Below are positions 26,784 through 39,989 of a stretch of 64,000 bases of DNA, piece after piece. The notes below the pieces were generated by a model that ran no database searches, was not told the origin of the DNA, and worked only from the letters and a program-made list of their open reading frames with translations. A program made the position numbers and the translations under genes. How positions within the stretch are numbered: position 1 is the first letter of the stretch; each line of letters opens with the position of its first letter. Source of the stretch: Eledone cirrhosa (Eukaryota); assembly GCA_964016885.1 (NCBI GenBank), contig CAXHJY010000270.1:62001-126000 (forward strand). Reading direction: 5' to 3'.

Positions 26784-26843
26784 TTTCATTCTGAGGATTG
26801 AAAGCAAAACCTTTTGCTTTTAAGAAACCACTGGTAAATGGAA
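26784..26843 (+). ncRNA. Complete type I hammerhead ribozyme motif
   Basis: TTTCATT-CTGAGGA-TTGAAAGCAAAA CC TTTTGCTTTTAA-GAAACC ACT GGTA-AATGGAA. Stem I 7 bp, stem II ~11-12 bp, stem III 3 bp; predicted cut after GUA at 26836. Confidence 0.8.
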
Positions 26844-26872
26844 TAATTGCCTTATGTTGTTTATTACATAAT

Positions 26873-26914
<42 letters not shown>

Positions 26915-26968
26915 TTATGTATATATATATGTATGTATTTATGTATATATCTATATCTATGTATATGT

Positions 26969-27006
<38 letters not shown>

Positions 27007-27400
27007 TTATGTGTATATATATATATTTATGTATATATATATATATTTATGTAGATAAATCTACCAAGAGTTTACGGTAGTGTCCAATCCGTATGAAGAA
27101 CTCAATGTAATATATATTATGTATAATATATTTATGTATATATATGTATGTATTTATGTATATATGTATGTATTTATGTATATATATATATATGTATGTA
27201 TTTATGTATATATATATATATGTATGTATTTATGTATATATATATGTATGTATTTATGTATATATATGTATGTATTTATGTATATATATATGTATGTATT
27301 TATGTATATATATATGTATGTATTTATGTATATATATATGTATGTATTTATGTATATATATATCTATGTATATGTAATAGTTTATATATATATATAAATT

Positions 27401-27437
<37 letters not shown>

Positions 27438-27469
27438 TTATGTATTTATATATATATCTATGTATATGT

Positions 27470-27517
<48 letters not shown>

Positions 27518-27718
27518 TTATATATATATATTTATGTATTTATATATATATATTTATGTATATATATATATATATATATAAATTTATGTATTTATATATA
27601 TATCTATGTATATGTAATAGTTTATATATATATATATATATATATTTATGTATATATGTATATATATTTATGTATATGTAATAGTTTTTATATCTATATC
27701 TCTCTATAAATATATATA

Positions 27719-27765
<47 letters not shown>

Positions 27766-27916
27766 ACAGGGATTGTGTATAGTGTATATTATACATGTTA
27801 GCGTAGACATGAGTGTGCATGCAAAATAGGACTATACACACACACGTGTGTATGTGTGTGTGTGTGTGTGTGTGCGTGTGTGTATATATAGATGTGTGTG
27901 TATATATATGTCTGTG

Positions 27917-27965
<49 letters not shown>

Positions 27966-28019
27966 GTTTTTCATGACGGAATTAACATATAACTGTACTG
28001 TGACGTTGTGTGACGAGAA

Positions 28020-28490
28020 GACACCACCTCCACCTACACCTAACCAACACCACCTACCCGACACCACCACCACCTACCCGACACCACCACCATCTACCGG
28101 ACACCACCTCCATCTACCCAACACCACCACCACCTACCCGACACCAGCACCACCTACCCGACACCACCACCACCTACCCGACACCACCTCCACCTACCCA
28201 ACACCACCACCACCTACCCGACACCACCACCACCACCTACCCGACACCACCTCCACCTACCCAACACCACCTCCACCTACCCGACACCACCTCCACCTAC
28301 CCGACACCACATCCACCTACTCGACACCACCTCCACCTACCCGACACCACCTCCTCCTACCCCACACTACCTCCACCTACCCCACACCACCTCCACCCAT
28401 CCAACACCACCACCACCCATCCAACACCACCACCACCTACCCAACACCACCTCCACTAACCGAACACCACCTACCCGACACCACCACCAT
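28020..28490. repeat. ~21-bp C/A-rich minisatellite (CACCTACCCGACACCACCAC), followed by (TG/TA)n to ~29055
   Basis: Direct reading. Confidence 0.93.
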
Positions 28491-29316
28491 GTGTGTGTGT
28501 GTGTGTATATATGTGTGTGTATATGTGTGTGCATATATGTGTGTATATATATATGTGTGTATATATATATGTGTGTGTATATATATATATATGTGTGTGT
28601 ATATATATATGTGTGTATGTATATATATATGTGTATGTATATATATATGTGTGTGTGTATATATGTGTGTGTGTATATATGTGTATGTATATATATATGT
28701 GTGTGTATATATGTGTGTGTATATGTGTGTGTGTGTATATATGTGTGTGTGTATATATATGTGTGTGTGTATATATATGTGTGTGTATATATGTGTGTGT
28801 GTTTATATGTGTGTGTATATATGTGTGTGTATATATATATGTGTGTGTGTGTATATATGTGTGTGTGTATATATATATATGTGTGTATATATATGTGTGT
28901 GTATATATATATGTGTGTGTGTATATATATATATATGTGTATATATATGTCTATATATATATGTGTGTGTGTATGTATATATATGTGTGTGTGTGTGTAT
29001 GTATATATATGTGTGTGTGTGTGTATGTGTATATATATCTATGTGTGTGTATGCATACACGCTGTTTACCTTAAATAACCAAAACATTAGAATTATTCAG
29101 AGATTTAACATAGAATTCAAAATGTCAGCCTCTCAAATCTAAATTTTCCGATTAATTTAAAATAGCGTAAAATAGAATAGAAAGGAAGTTCTCCGCCATA
29201 AACTGTCTTAGGGACGTCCACCATTTAATGGGAGGTTAAAGGTTCGTTTTGACGGAGATTCTTTGAATGTTGAATATGTAAAAGTTACCAATGACAATAA
29301 AGTTAAATAAATAATG

Positions 29317-29351
<35 letters not shown>

Positions 29352-29964
29352 TACATATATATATAGACAGTTATTAGTCATTTTTTGCGTTTGTGACATA
29401 TATTCAAATATTTGTCAAATGTTTAACTTAACATTTTGACCTCCATTTTCTATTTAAACGCTGAAAGATATAACAATGTTTATTTCATGAAAAAAAACTC
29501 CTTTTAAACATTCTATACCCACCGGGTCTTCCTTTTCTGCCAACTTTTCGTCTATTTATAATAAATGGATATCCACCGCCATCGACGATGTGTGCATTAC
29601 TGTTTGTTTGATGAATTGAACGTTCTACACAATAAATTAACTTGCGAGTGACTCACTCTCCTACACATGTACTCACAAGCCAATTTCTGGGAGTGGTGAG
29701 ATAGGAATCACCTTAACACGCTGTGTTCCTGTTGAGGTGTTCGTCCATATTTGTACCCTTAACGTTATTCTCCTGGAGACTTTATGTGACACATATCGTG
29801 TTTAAGATTGGCACATTGAATTAGTGGTACAATCCAATATAGCGTATATATTTAGTGTATATATTTAGTGTATATATTATGTATATATTCAGTGTGTATA
29901 TAGTGTATATATTTAGTATATATATATATATATATATAGTGTATATATATAGTGTATATATTTA

Positions 29965-30002
<38 letters not shown>

Positions 30003-30375
30003 TATGTATATAGCGTATATTTTTAGTCTATATTTAGTGTATACTAGCTGAATGGCCCGGCGTTGCTCGGGATTCTAAACATAGATTGGCATGTTTATCC
30101 CTCCTTTCTGAAACAGTACAGAGAAGTACGGAATACCTCGGCCTCGGGATGGTGTCTACATTTTGTGCTTATAAAAAAAATTCAGCGTAGATTACCAGAG
30201 TTTTTTTCCGTGCGAAGAAAATCAATACTTTATCGGGAAATAAATACTTTTGTTTATATTTTGTTATTGTGTATGCAAAAATGATATATATTTATCCTTA
30301 TTGAGCCTCGTGAAATAAATACGTTTGTTTATATTGTTTATATTGTGTATGTAAAAATATCTGTACACGAATATA

Positions 30376-30456
<81 letters not shown>

Positions 30457-30458
<2 letters not shown>

Positions 30459-30721
30459 AAGGCGGGTAAAATTCCCGAGATCCATGGACGAGTTCTCTCC
30501 AGCGGTCTCTGTCCCTCATTATCGTTGCCATGTCCTGCGTCTCCAACAGATCAGTGTCTGTCCTTAGGGCATCAACATACGTTAACCTTGGTCTTCCTCT
30601 TCTAGTGTGTCCATGTAGGGGCTCCCAAAGGAGCACTGAGTGCAATGTCAACTCTGGATGTCGGTGAGCATGTCCAGCTAACCTCAGTGTCCTCCGTGTA
30701 TCTTTTGAGCTGACTTTTGGG

Positions 30722-30722
<1 letters not shown>
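30457..30722 (-). mobile_element. RTE/RTE-X-like LINE 3' end in (TA)n
   Basis: LRLAGHAHRHPE...VLLWEPLHGHTRRGRPRLTYVDAL...MRDRDRWRELV. Confidence 0.88.
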
Positions 30723-30752
<30 letters not shown>

Positions 30753-30827
30753 TGACAGACGGGACCTTCTGAAACTAAAAAAAATCAATCGGTGAACGCA
30801 GAAGTAAATATTTCGAAAAACGTTACA

Positions 30828-30933
<106 letters not shown>

Positions 30934-30937
30934 TGTA

Positions 30938-31548
30938 GCGTTATCATGTCGTAATGCAGACAACCAGACATACAGACAGATATTATAAGGGCGCAACGTT
31001 ATATCTATGTATCTATCTAAAAAGAAAGACTAAGAATTATAGAGAGAGATCGCTAAATCAGCTAATGCGGTCCCTAGGGCTTTGAAAATTTGAAATTTCT
31101 TGTGCTCAAAACACTCACAGGACCATAAGTATTACATGTGTAAAGTTTGAAAACAATCAGTTGTGCGGTTCTCGAGTTTTAGGGAGACAGACAGACTGAC
31201 ATTCTCTGTTTTAGATATATAGACTAGCAGAAAACCACGCGTGGGCGGTTTTCTGCTAGTCTATATATCTAAAACAGAGAATGTCTGTCTGCCTGTCAGC
31301 TCACTAAAACTTGAGAACCATCCAACCGATTGTTTTCAAACTTTAGACATGTAATACTTATGGTCCTGTGAGTGTTTTGAGCAAAAATTATTTCAAATTT
31401 TCAATGCCCTAGGGACCGCATTAGGCGATTTAGCGTTCTCTCTATATAATTCTTAGTTTTTCTTTTTAGATAGATACATAGATATAACGTTGCGCCCTTA
31501 TAATATCTGTCTGTATGTCTGGCTGTCTGCATTAGGTCATTATGACGC
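30938..31548. mobile_element. ~300-bp-arm imperfect palindrome of Helitron-like sequence centred on a CTAG-bounded hairpin
   Basis: Centre AGACTAGCAGAAAACCACGCGTGGGCGGTTTTCTGCTAGTCT; arms align with scattered substitutions. Confidence 0.9.
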
Positions 31549-31902
31549 GCTCAGTGTGTGTGTGTGTGTATATATATATACGTATCGTAATGCAGACAGC
31601 AAGACATAGCTTTCCTTCCCCTCTTCCAGCGTCTCTCTCTCCCCCCCCCCCGCTATCCCCCTCTTGTAGTCTGTCTCTTTCTTTCACTCTCACTCTCTCT
31701 CTACGCGTCGGACAGACAGACAGAGAAATTGCTGGTTATATATTATAAGGAGATTAAACTTTAAGCAATGAATTTCTGTTTTCACCCTAAGCTGGATTAC
31801 CGGAAACTCTTATACACCCTTATCGAGTCCTCTTTTGATTTTGGTCTTTGTATTTATTATTACTTTCTATATATGTGTTTGTGTTTGTGTGTGTGTGTGT
31901 GT

Positions 31903-31953
<51 letters not shown>

Positions 31954-32065
31954 TGTATATATATGTATGTATGTATGTGTGTGTGTATGTATGTGTACGT
32001 GTCTGTATATATATGCATGTGTGTGTACATGTCTGTATATATATGCATGTGTGTGTTCGTGTCTG

Positions 32066-32100
<35 letters not shown>

Positions 32101-32111
32101 ATGTGTATAGT

Positions 32112-32397
32112 GGAGGCACGTGGCCTTTTGGTAAGAGTGTTGGACTTACGAACATAATGTCGTGGGCTCGATTCCTGGGTTGCGTGTTGTGTTCTTGAGC
32201 AAAACACTTCATTTCCCTTTGCTCCAGTATACTAAGCTGAAAATGAGTACCAGCATTAGCTGGAGGTTTAACCCTGCGATGAACTGGCGTCCTGTCCAGG
32301 GGGGGGGGGGGGTGTTCTTGCACTCTCAGTCGCTTCACACCATGAAACCGGGATAAGCACCGGCTAAACGACGAGCCTTCTGGCTTAAGACTTTTTT
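32112..32397 (+). mobile_element. Composite SINE: tRNA head, CORE-like and V-domain-like segments
   Basis: GGCTCGATTCC B box; GTTCTTGAGCAAAACACTT; ACCCTGCGATGAACTGGCGTCCTGTCCAGGGG. Confidence 0.8.
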
Positions 32398-32428
32398 AGT
32401 ATGTGTATATCAATGTGTCTGAGTGTAT

Positions 32429-32462
<34 letters not shown>

Positions 32463-32467
<5 letters not shown>

Positions 32468-32675
32468 AACGAGTAGGACCCCGACGGCTGAGCTCAAGCT
32501 GTTACGACGGCTAATTCTGGACTAAAATTTTTTTAGTCCAGAATCAGCCGTCGAAACGGCTTGAGCTCAGCCGTCGGGGTCCTACTCGTTCCTATTACCC
32601 ACTCTACTGCCCTAAGTATTGAGTACTTTGGTGCGTTATGGTCCACCTGGTTCCCTACCACATTTCTTTCGTTAT
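32463..32675 (+). mobile_element. PLE-type terminal fragment with 65-bp-arm fold-back (32463-32595) and the 3' half of a hammerhead
   Basis: ...CAGCCGTC-GAAACGGCT TGAGCTC AGCCGTC-GGGG. The tail recurs inverted at 44533-44625. Confidence 0.7.
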
Positions 32676-33089
32676 ATATATATATATATAGATATATATA
32701 TATATATATATATGTATATACACACACAGACAACCCGTCAATTTAAAAGGAGTATTTTTTTTTTTTATAACACTGAACTAATTTCTTCACAGAGGTACTC
32801 CACCCAAATTCCACTAAATGAATTATTGCTAAGTCGGTTTTCTTTCTAAATATTTAATTTTCGTGACCAGATAACTTGTTTGAAGCCAATAAAGCAATTA
32901 TTTACATGAAAGTGTTCAAGCTTTCCACAACTGTTACAGCAGATAACGCCGTTCACTTTAAAGAAATCTAAACTTCTTTCTAGAACAATTTATTTACAAT
33001 TTCAATTATTTCCGTTATTAACGAAAATAAAAATGAAAAAAAAACAATACAAAAAACAAGTATCTCTCTTCACCCATCTCTCTCCCTAT

Positions 33090-33092
33090 GTA

Positions 33093-33153
<61 letters not shown>

Positions 33154-33165
33154 CGTATGTATGAA

Positions 33166-33201
<36 letters not shown>

Positions 33202-33436
33202 TGTATGTATGTATGTATACATGTATGTATGTATACATGTATGTATGTATACATGTATGTATGTATACATGTATGTATGTATGAATGTATGTATGTATGT
33301 ATGTATGAATATTTGTATGAATACATGTATGTATGTATATATGTATGTATGTATGTATGTATGAATATATGTATGTATGTATGTATGTATGAATATATGT
33401 ATGAATACATGTATGTATGTATGTATGTATGTATGA

Positions 33437-33469
<33 letters not shown>

Positions 33470-33883
33470 TGAATACATGTATGTATGTGTGAATGAATAT
33501 ATGTATGTAGGTATAAATGCTTGTATGTGTGTATGCGTCTCTGTATGTATGTATGTATGTATACAAACATATATTATACACACTGCTCTAGATTTGCACA
33601 TATAACAGAAAACGTATAGGTCTGCACACACGTACAAACAAACATACATACATATATATCTATATACACATACATGTATACATTCGTATATAACTACATC
33701 TATCAATCTATATATCTCTCACTCTATATATGTATATATACATATATGCAGCTATATACATACATATATATATATATCTATATAGAAATACATATATACT
33801 TACGTATCTACGTACATCTATCTATCTATCTATATCTCTCTATATATATTTACACATCTATATATATATACATCTATATACAT

Positions 33884-33942
<59 letters not shown>

Positions 33943-34065
33943 TATTTATATATATATATACCTACCTATACACACACACACGCACATATACATATATAAA
34001 TATATATATGTACATATATATATGTACAAATATATAAATGTATCTACATCTATACATATACATAC
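33090..34065. repeat. (TATG)n/(TA)n compound microsatellite
   Basis: Direct reading. Confidence 0.93.
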
Positions 34066-34355
34066 ATTTCAATCTGAGTGTGTCTATTATCAGGCAAGTC
34101 CTAACTATACATCTCTACATCCCTGTATGTCTATTATCACGTAAGTAATTTGTATATAAACAATGTGAAATACACTTTAAAATGGCGGCTGCGAACACTT
34201 CAATGGAATAATAGACTTTTGAATAAATATTTCGGATACTGGTTCCTTCTATTACTTCTTCCTTTTCTTTGACTTCTTCCCTTCCTCTGTTTCTGTCTGT
34301 ATCTCCTCCTGAATATATATATATATCTATCTCTCTCTCTCTCTCTATATATATA

Positions 34356-34418
<63 letters not shown>

Positions 34419-34937
34419 TAAAATAAACAAACATTTCATTGCCTTTCTCGCTGTCATTACCCAAACAATTTTAATATAGTCGTCTTTCATTAATGGCTAA
34501 CATAAAATACAACATGTATAAACAGCCATTTAAAGTCTGCTTACTATAATATATTCCTTCTCCCCTTTCCATCTTTCCGTCCTTCCTTCCTTCTTTCCTT
34601 CCTTCTTTCTTTCTTTCTTTCTGTCCTTCCTTCTTTCCTTTCTTCTTCCTTTCTATCTATCTTTCTTTCCTTCTTCATCTCCCTCTACGTCAATGTCGTG
34701 TCCCAGTTGTTAATGTTGTATTTGTACTTAATTTAAATATTGAACGTTTCTCTGTCTCTCTCTTTCAAGTGTTACTATCATTATATTTCGGCCATATATA
34801 ACGTGTCGAATTTTCCTACTGGAAATTTATTAGGCGTTTTTCTTTGTATCTCCTCTCCGTATTTATACAATATATTATATATATGTATATATTATATATT
34901 TATATATATCCGTCTGTCTATTTCTATGTCTATCTAA

Positions 34938-35030
<93 letters not shown>

Positions 35031-35525
35031 AAAAACGAAGGAGAGGCGGTTTTCCTTTGTGTGATAGCTATGGCGAAAGAGGTATAGTGGACAAGGTTGA
35101 AAGGGCTGAGGTCAGACACCTTTCTCTCCGACCAACAACTGATTCTTTTTTTCAAATACCACTTTGGAAGAAGAATCAGGATGGAGAGAGAGGTGCTGTA
35201 CCCCAGCAAGTTTTATGAAAGGTAGGTGAAAGTGGCGAGAATGGCCCGAGTGAATGGGCCTTCTCTCTATATCAGCCTGTAGGTTGAGGAAAAGGAGGAG
35301 GAGAGGAAAGGAGTACAAACTCTTCCTACTCCTGGAGATGAGGGTTTCACATTTTTTCGGGGGTATGTGTAACCCATATGAACTGTCTTCCCCCTATTGG
35401 GGAAAATCGACTAATTTTTTGAATTGCATTTGTGATAACATTTTACACGTTTTTATTGTATGTAAACTTCCCCCTTTGTATTTGTCCCCTTCTTTTGTGC
35501 CCCTGTGGCTAATAAAGAAACATAT
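35031..35525 (+). mobile_element. Tx1-like LINE 3' end inserted in a long (TATC)n array
   Basis: Near-identical in reverse complement to 24411-24793; (TCTA)n on both sides. Confidence 0.9.
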
Positions 35526-35557
35526 CTATCTATCTATTCATATATATATATATAGAT

Positions 35558-35849
<292 letters not shown>

Positions 35850-36299
35850 ATTCAATTAAGGAAATTTGGTTGATCAGATAATCCACTAACTTTGCTTTTA
35901 AACACATGTAAATGACTCTACAACTCGTTTTACTTAAAGTATTATCAATAAGGTATCAACCAGAGTGTCGATATTATAAGGAAGAGAGACAGTTTTAAAT
36001 GTACATCCTCTGTTTATTATATAACCCTGTTATACGTATTTCAAAGATGTCAAAGTAATTGCATAATAACCTTCTGATGTGTTCTCTTCAGACAGGAGCA
36101 AAGTTGCGGTGTTTTTGGTTGTAATATGCTACTGGGATTATGAGCGTTGTTGTAGCAGTAGTCGTATGATGTGGATGGCTATCATAGTAGGCAGATAGAA
36201 GGTTCAAGGGATGGTTAGTAAGTTAAGCTATCAAATTAACAGAGGGGGTCAGTCGCCCCGGTTGATATATGTTAAAAAATTTATTCTTATAATCTAACA

Positions 36300-36560
36300 G
36301 ACGGTATGACCATCTTCCGTTCCGCGCTGGCAAACCACTCGTCTGGGCCGTGCCCCTAGTAGAGGAGACTTCTGGTGTCCTTGGCCCTAGGGTACCTCCC
36401 TATTCACCACCATAGGTACTGAGCTGGCTCGCTAGCCGCAAGTGTGAGCCTTGCGAGATGGAATGGCTCCTCCAGCGCATCTCCCTTATCATCCTCCGGG
36501 GAAGCACTTCCATTCTGTCGGCCGGGGCCGTGGGGCGGCCAGCACGTGGGACCCCATTTG
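36300..36560 (+). mobile_element. Second CRE-clade endonuclease fragment (internally deleted)
   Basis: DGMTIF/FRAGKPLVW (cf. RPDG...GK.L.WD) is fused to VPLVEETSGVLG; homologous to 20490-20727. Confidence 0.8.
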
Positions 36561-36663
36561 CTCATAATACAGAGAGATGGGGATGGAGGCGATGTCAGTA
36601 GGAGTTCGGTTCTTCCGTGTCCGGACCTGGTGTGCAGCGTCAGTTGGCTGTGGAGAGGTAGGG

Positions 36664-36715
<52 letters not shown>

Positions 36716-36717
<2 letters not shown>

Positions 36718-37056
36718 AGGCATATGGCTTAGTGGTTAGAGCATTGGCCTTGTAATCGAAAGATTGTGAGTTCAGTTCTCAGACCGGGTGATGTGTTGTT
36801 TCCTTGAGCAAGACACTTTATTTCACATTGCTTCAGTTTACTCAGCTGTAGAAATGAGATGATAGGGACTGGGGTCCATATCATTCCACTGTAAAGTGGT
36901 CGTGGAGGTGCCACGGCAAAAAAAAACACCCAGCACTCACTGTAAATGAGGTTGGTGATAGGAAGGGCATCCAGCTGTAGAAATCAAGTCAGAATCAGTT
37001 CCCGTCCCATCCTTGCAAGCAGGGAAAAAGCGGACGTAAAATGAAATGAAATGAAA
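36716..37056 (+). mobile_element. tRNA/CORE SINE with RTE-derived 3' tail
   Basis: A and B boxes, CORE-like motif, and tail CCCGTCCCATCCTTGCAAGCAGGGAAAAAGCGGACGTAAAATG equal to the 3' end of the RTE at 10138-10190. Confidence 0.9.
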
Positions 37057-37592
37057 AATATATATATATACGGTGATGAATTTGTTTTTCAAGGTTTTTG
37101 ATATGAAATGGTGTGTCGAAACAAATATTGTTATACATGGGGAGGGTCATATTGTTCTACACACTGACTGTTTGGTTTGGGTTGGTTTTCGCTTCTGTAT
37201 CTTTTATATCTCTATAGTTAATTTATTGGCCAATCAATGTTTAATATTGATTGACCAGCGGTTAAAAATGCAGATACAAATATATATATATATATATAGT
37301 CTATCAAAGATCTTTCGTCACACATCTGCGACATCATAAGTGGTACTATTGTTTCCTCCCGTTGTATTGTAAAGTCTACGACATTTTTATTTAATTTATT
37401 CATAAGTATATATAAAAGTATTATATTGTTCACTAACCGGACCCTGTGACACAACCGCAATGGCAAGATCTGCTTACTTATTTGTTTATTTGTTTGATCT
37501 TACAGCTGTGTATTTATATTCCCTGGCTCTGTGTTATTAGAAGAGATTCGTGTGTAACTATGTAGTGGGGTACTGTGTTCCACAATGTAAAG

Positions 37593-37730
37593 TATACGGA
37601 TCTTACCCGAGAATAGCTCTACGTTAACCTCAGAGCTAGGAAAACTATTATCAAATCCAATGAAGAATTATGGTCGCGCGTGGACAGACCTAGTAACTTT
37701 GACATCACCATCGGCTCTAACGGCAGCAGA
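37593..37730 (+). pseudogene. Penelope-like RT fragment
   Basis: LRARKTIIKSNEELWSRVDRPSNFDITIGSNG resembles PLE ..RKSLL....W.K....FDVTMGS.DG. Confidence 0.7.
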
Positions 37731-37740
37731 CAGAGAAACA

Positions 37741-37782
37741 ATTCGACAATTGTTTCAGGGTTATTGCCCCTTGTCAAGATAC
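37741..37782 (-). ncRNA. Decayed minimal hammerhead remnant
   Basis: TTGACAA-GGGG CAATAA CCCT-GAAAC AATT GTC; three transitions away from CTGACGA..CCCC-GAAAC. Confidence 0.45.
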
Positions 37783-38299
37783 TGTATCACTCTTTTTCTG
37801 CTACACACTAGAACTCTTGAGAATATATAATATTCTCTAAAGTATACATCTAAAGTATGCATCTAAAGTATACATCGGGCACGACAAAATAAAGTACCAG
37901 TAATGCACTGGGTAATTGCTGGCCTTGTGCCAAAAGTAGAAACAATTATTATAATCGATATAAAACTGACGAATGCGTTTCTATTTATTTATCTATCTAT
38001 CTGTCTGTCTATCTATACCCCCCCCCGCACTCACAATACGTTGAGACAGAAACACACACACACATACACACACACACACATACACACACACACATGCCTG
38101 TATGCGTTCGTGTGTGTATGGCTGATTTTGTGACTGTGTGTCTGTGTGTTTGTTCCTATTTCAATGACAGTTGTGTATTTATTCTTACAACTTTTAATGG
38201 CAGCTCTTAATGTATACACTTATCCTTCTTTTTCAAAGTATCCTTTAGCCTCACTTGTATTTTTGTGATATATATATACCCATGCACACACTAATACAA

Positions 38300-38333
<34 letters not shown>

Positions 38334-39861
38334 GTGTGTATTTATATATATATTATCGACGTCTGCTTCTTGTCAATCATGACGTAAGTCTCATCATATT
38401 TCTGTCATTTTCCGTCATAACACGCGATTCGTTTCAAAAGACGGTAGAATCTTTATTTCACCATTGGTTCAAATTAATCCGTAGTATTAAAATGCAAAAT
38501 AAAATAGAAAGAAAAATTAAAAAAAATTTAAAATAAAATTAAATAAAATCTATATTTAACCTCTGCAGGTTATCATAAAAATCAAACAAAGTCTAATATT
38601 ACAAAATCTCGATTCATTGGAAGGAAAAGAGGAAATCCTAGTTCAATATGATTCGATTTCAAAAGGTTGGATTAATTCTGTCTCCTATTTCCCGCCAAAA
38701 GTACAGTCTAGTTGATGCCAGATGTAAGATCCAATATCAGTTATTTTAAAAATGGCGTCAAAATTTAAAAAATATATGACAAAATGTATTGCAAATAAAA
38801 ACATCTTTTTAAAAAATATTTTAAACAAGAAATACACATATTGTAAGGAGAGCTGCCATGAGGGGAACTATGGATTATAATTATAATTAGGAATTATTTT
38901 ACAAATTTTAATTAAAGATATATAAAACAAATATTTCCTCTTGCTATAAATATCATTTATAAAAATAGAAAGAAAATATATTGAAAGACAAATTAGAAAG
39001 GAAATACGAGAAATATCTTTTTATTTTTTTTTTTTATTTCAACAAAATTTTAGAAAATTTCCTTCTTTTTTAAATGATAAAAAAATGAGAGGAAAATAAA
39101 ATGAAATGAAATACCAAAAAAAAAAAAAAAAAAAATGAGAAACAACTAAACATTTCGAAAAGAAAAATAAGCTGATTTGGTCCTCAAATTGCAGATGAAA
39201 TAATACAAAAAAATTAACAAAACAACCAATCAGAAAACAAAATAATGGAAGTAGAAAACAAGACGACGCGTGTGTGATCATATTTTAAATATTTTCTCTT
39301 CATTTACTAATATGACATGATATTTGGATTGGTGTAAAACATCCTCGATTTCTCCCCTCTTATGTTGTCGCTTTCTTTAATATTTTATTTGTTTCCTTTT
39401 TTGACTTGTTTCTCTTTGTTGTTTTCTGTAATCAAACATCTCGTTCGTCATTTGAGAAGAAAGCTGCTGTGTTACTTGTAAGGATTGTTATATTTACCTT
39501 ATCCGTTCAATAAATCCATACAGGTGTGTGTTTAAATACGCCGTGGGTGAGAGGGAGAGTGGGGGGGGGTGTATATGATGTAATTTCTTCAAAAGTAGTT
39601 GACTCATTAGACCGAGAAAGATAAAGTTAGACGTTACAATGGCTACTGGCCAACCAACCATGGGCAGATCTGGTAATATTTTCAAATGAATATTTCACCG
39701 TCATATAATTAAAATGTTCTCAGTCTTTTACCATCTGTTGTTGCTGTTATTGTTGTTGAAGTGACACAATCATTAAGGTGTCGTATTGAATGTCTCGGTG
39801 ATGGTTACGACTCTTAGAGATGGTCACGACTCTTAGAGATGGTCACACATTCGTGCGCTCA

Positions 39862-39922
<61 letters not shown>

Positions 39923-39989
39923 ATTCATATGTACATACATACGAAAAACAGACAAATATATATATATATATATATATGGTGTGGTATGT

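Larger units (their letters stand above)
26670..26879. repeat. Perfect palindrome, 104-bp arms, 2-nt spacer (PLE-type fold-back end)
   Basis: Arms checked base by base with no mismatches; centre is CCTGG TT CCAGG. Confidence 0.97.

Noticed and set aside
27892-28490. Extensin/mucin-like PTPPPPT coding repeat
   Set aside because: All three frames are open in a C/A minisatellite flanked by microsatellites, with no splice signals or unique coding context.
39494-39685. Minus-strand exon ending at AAG|GTAAAT
   Set aside because: Includes a G-run and has no recognisable homology; insufficient support.
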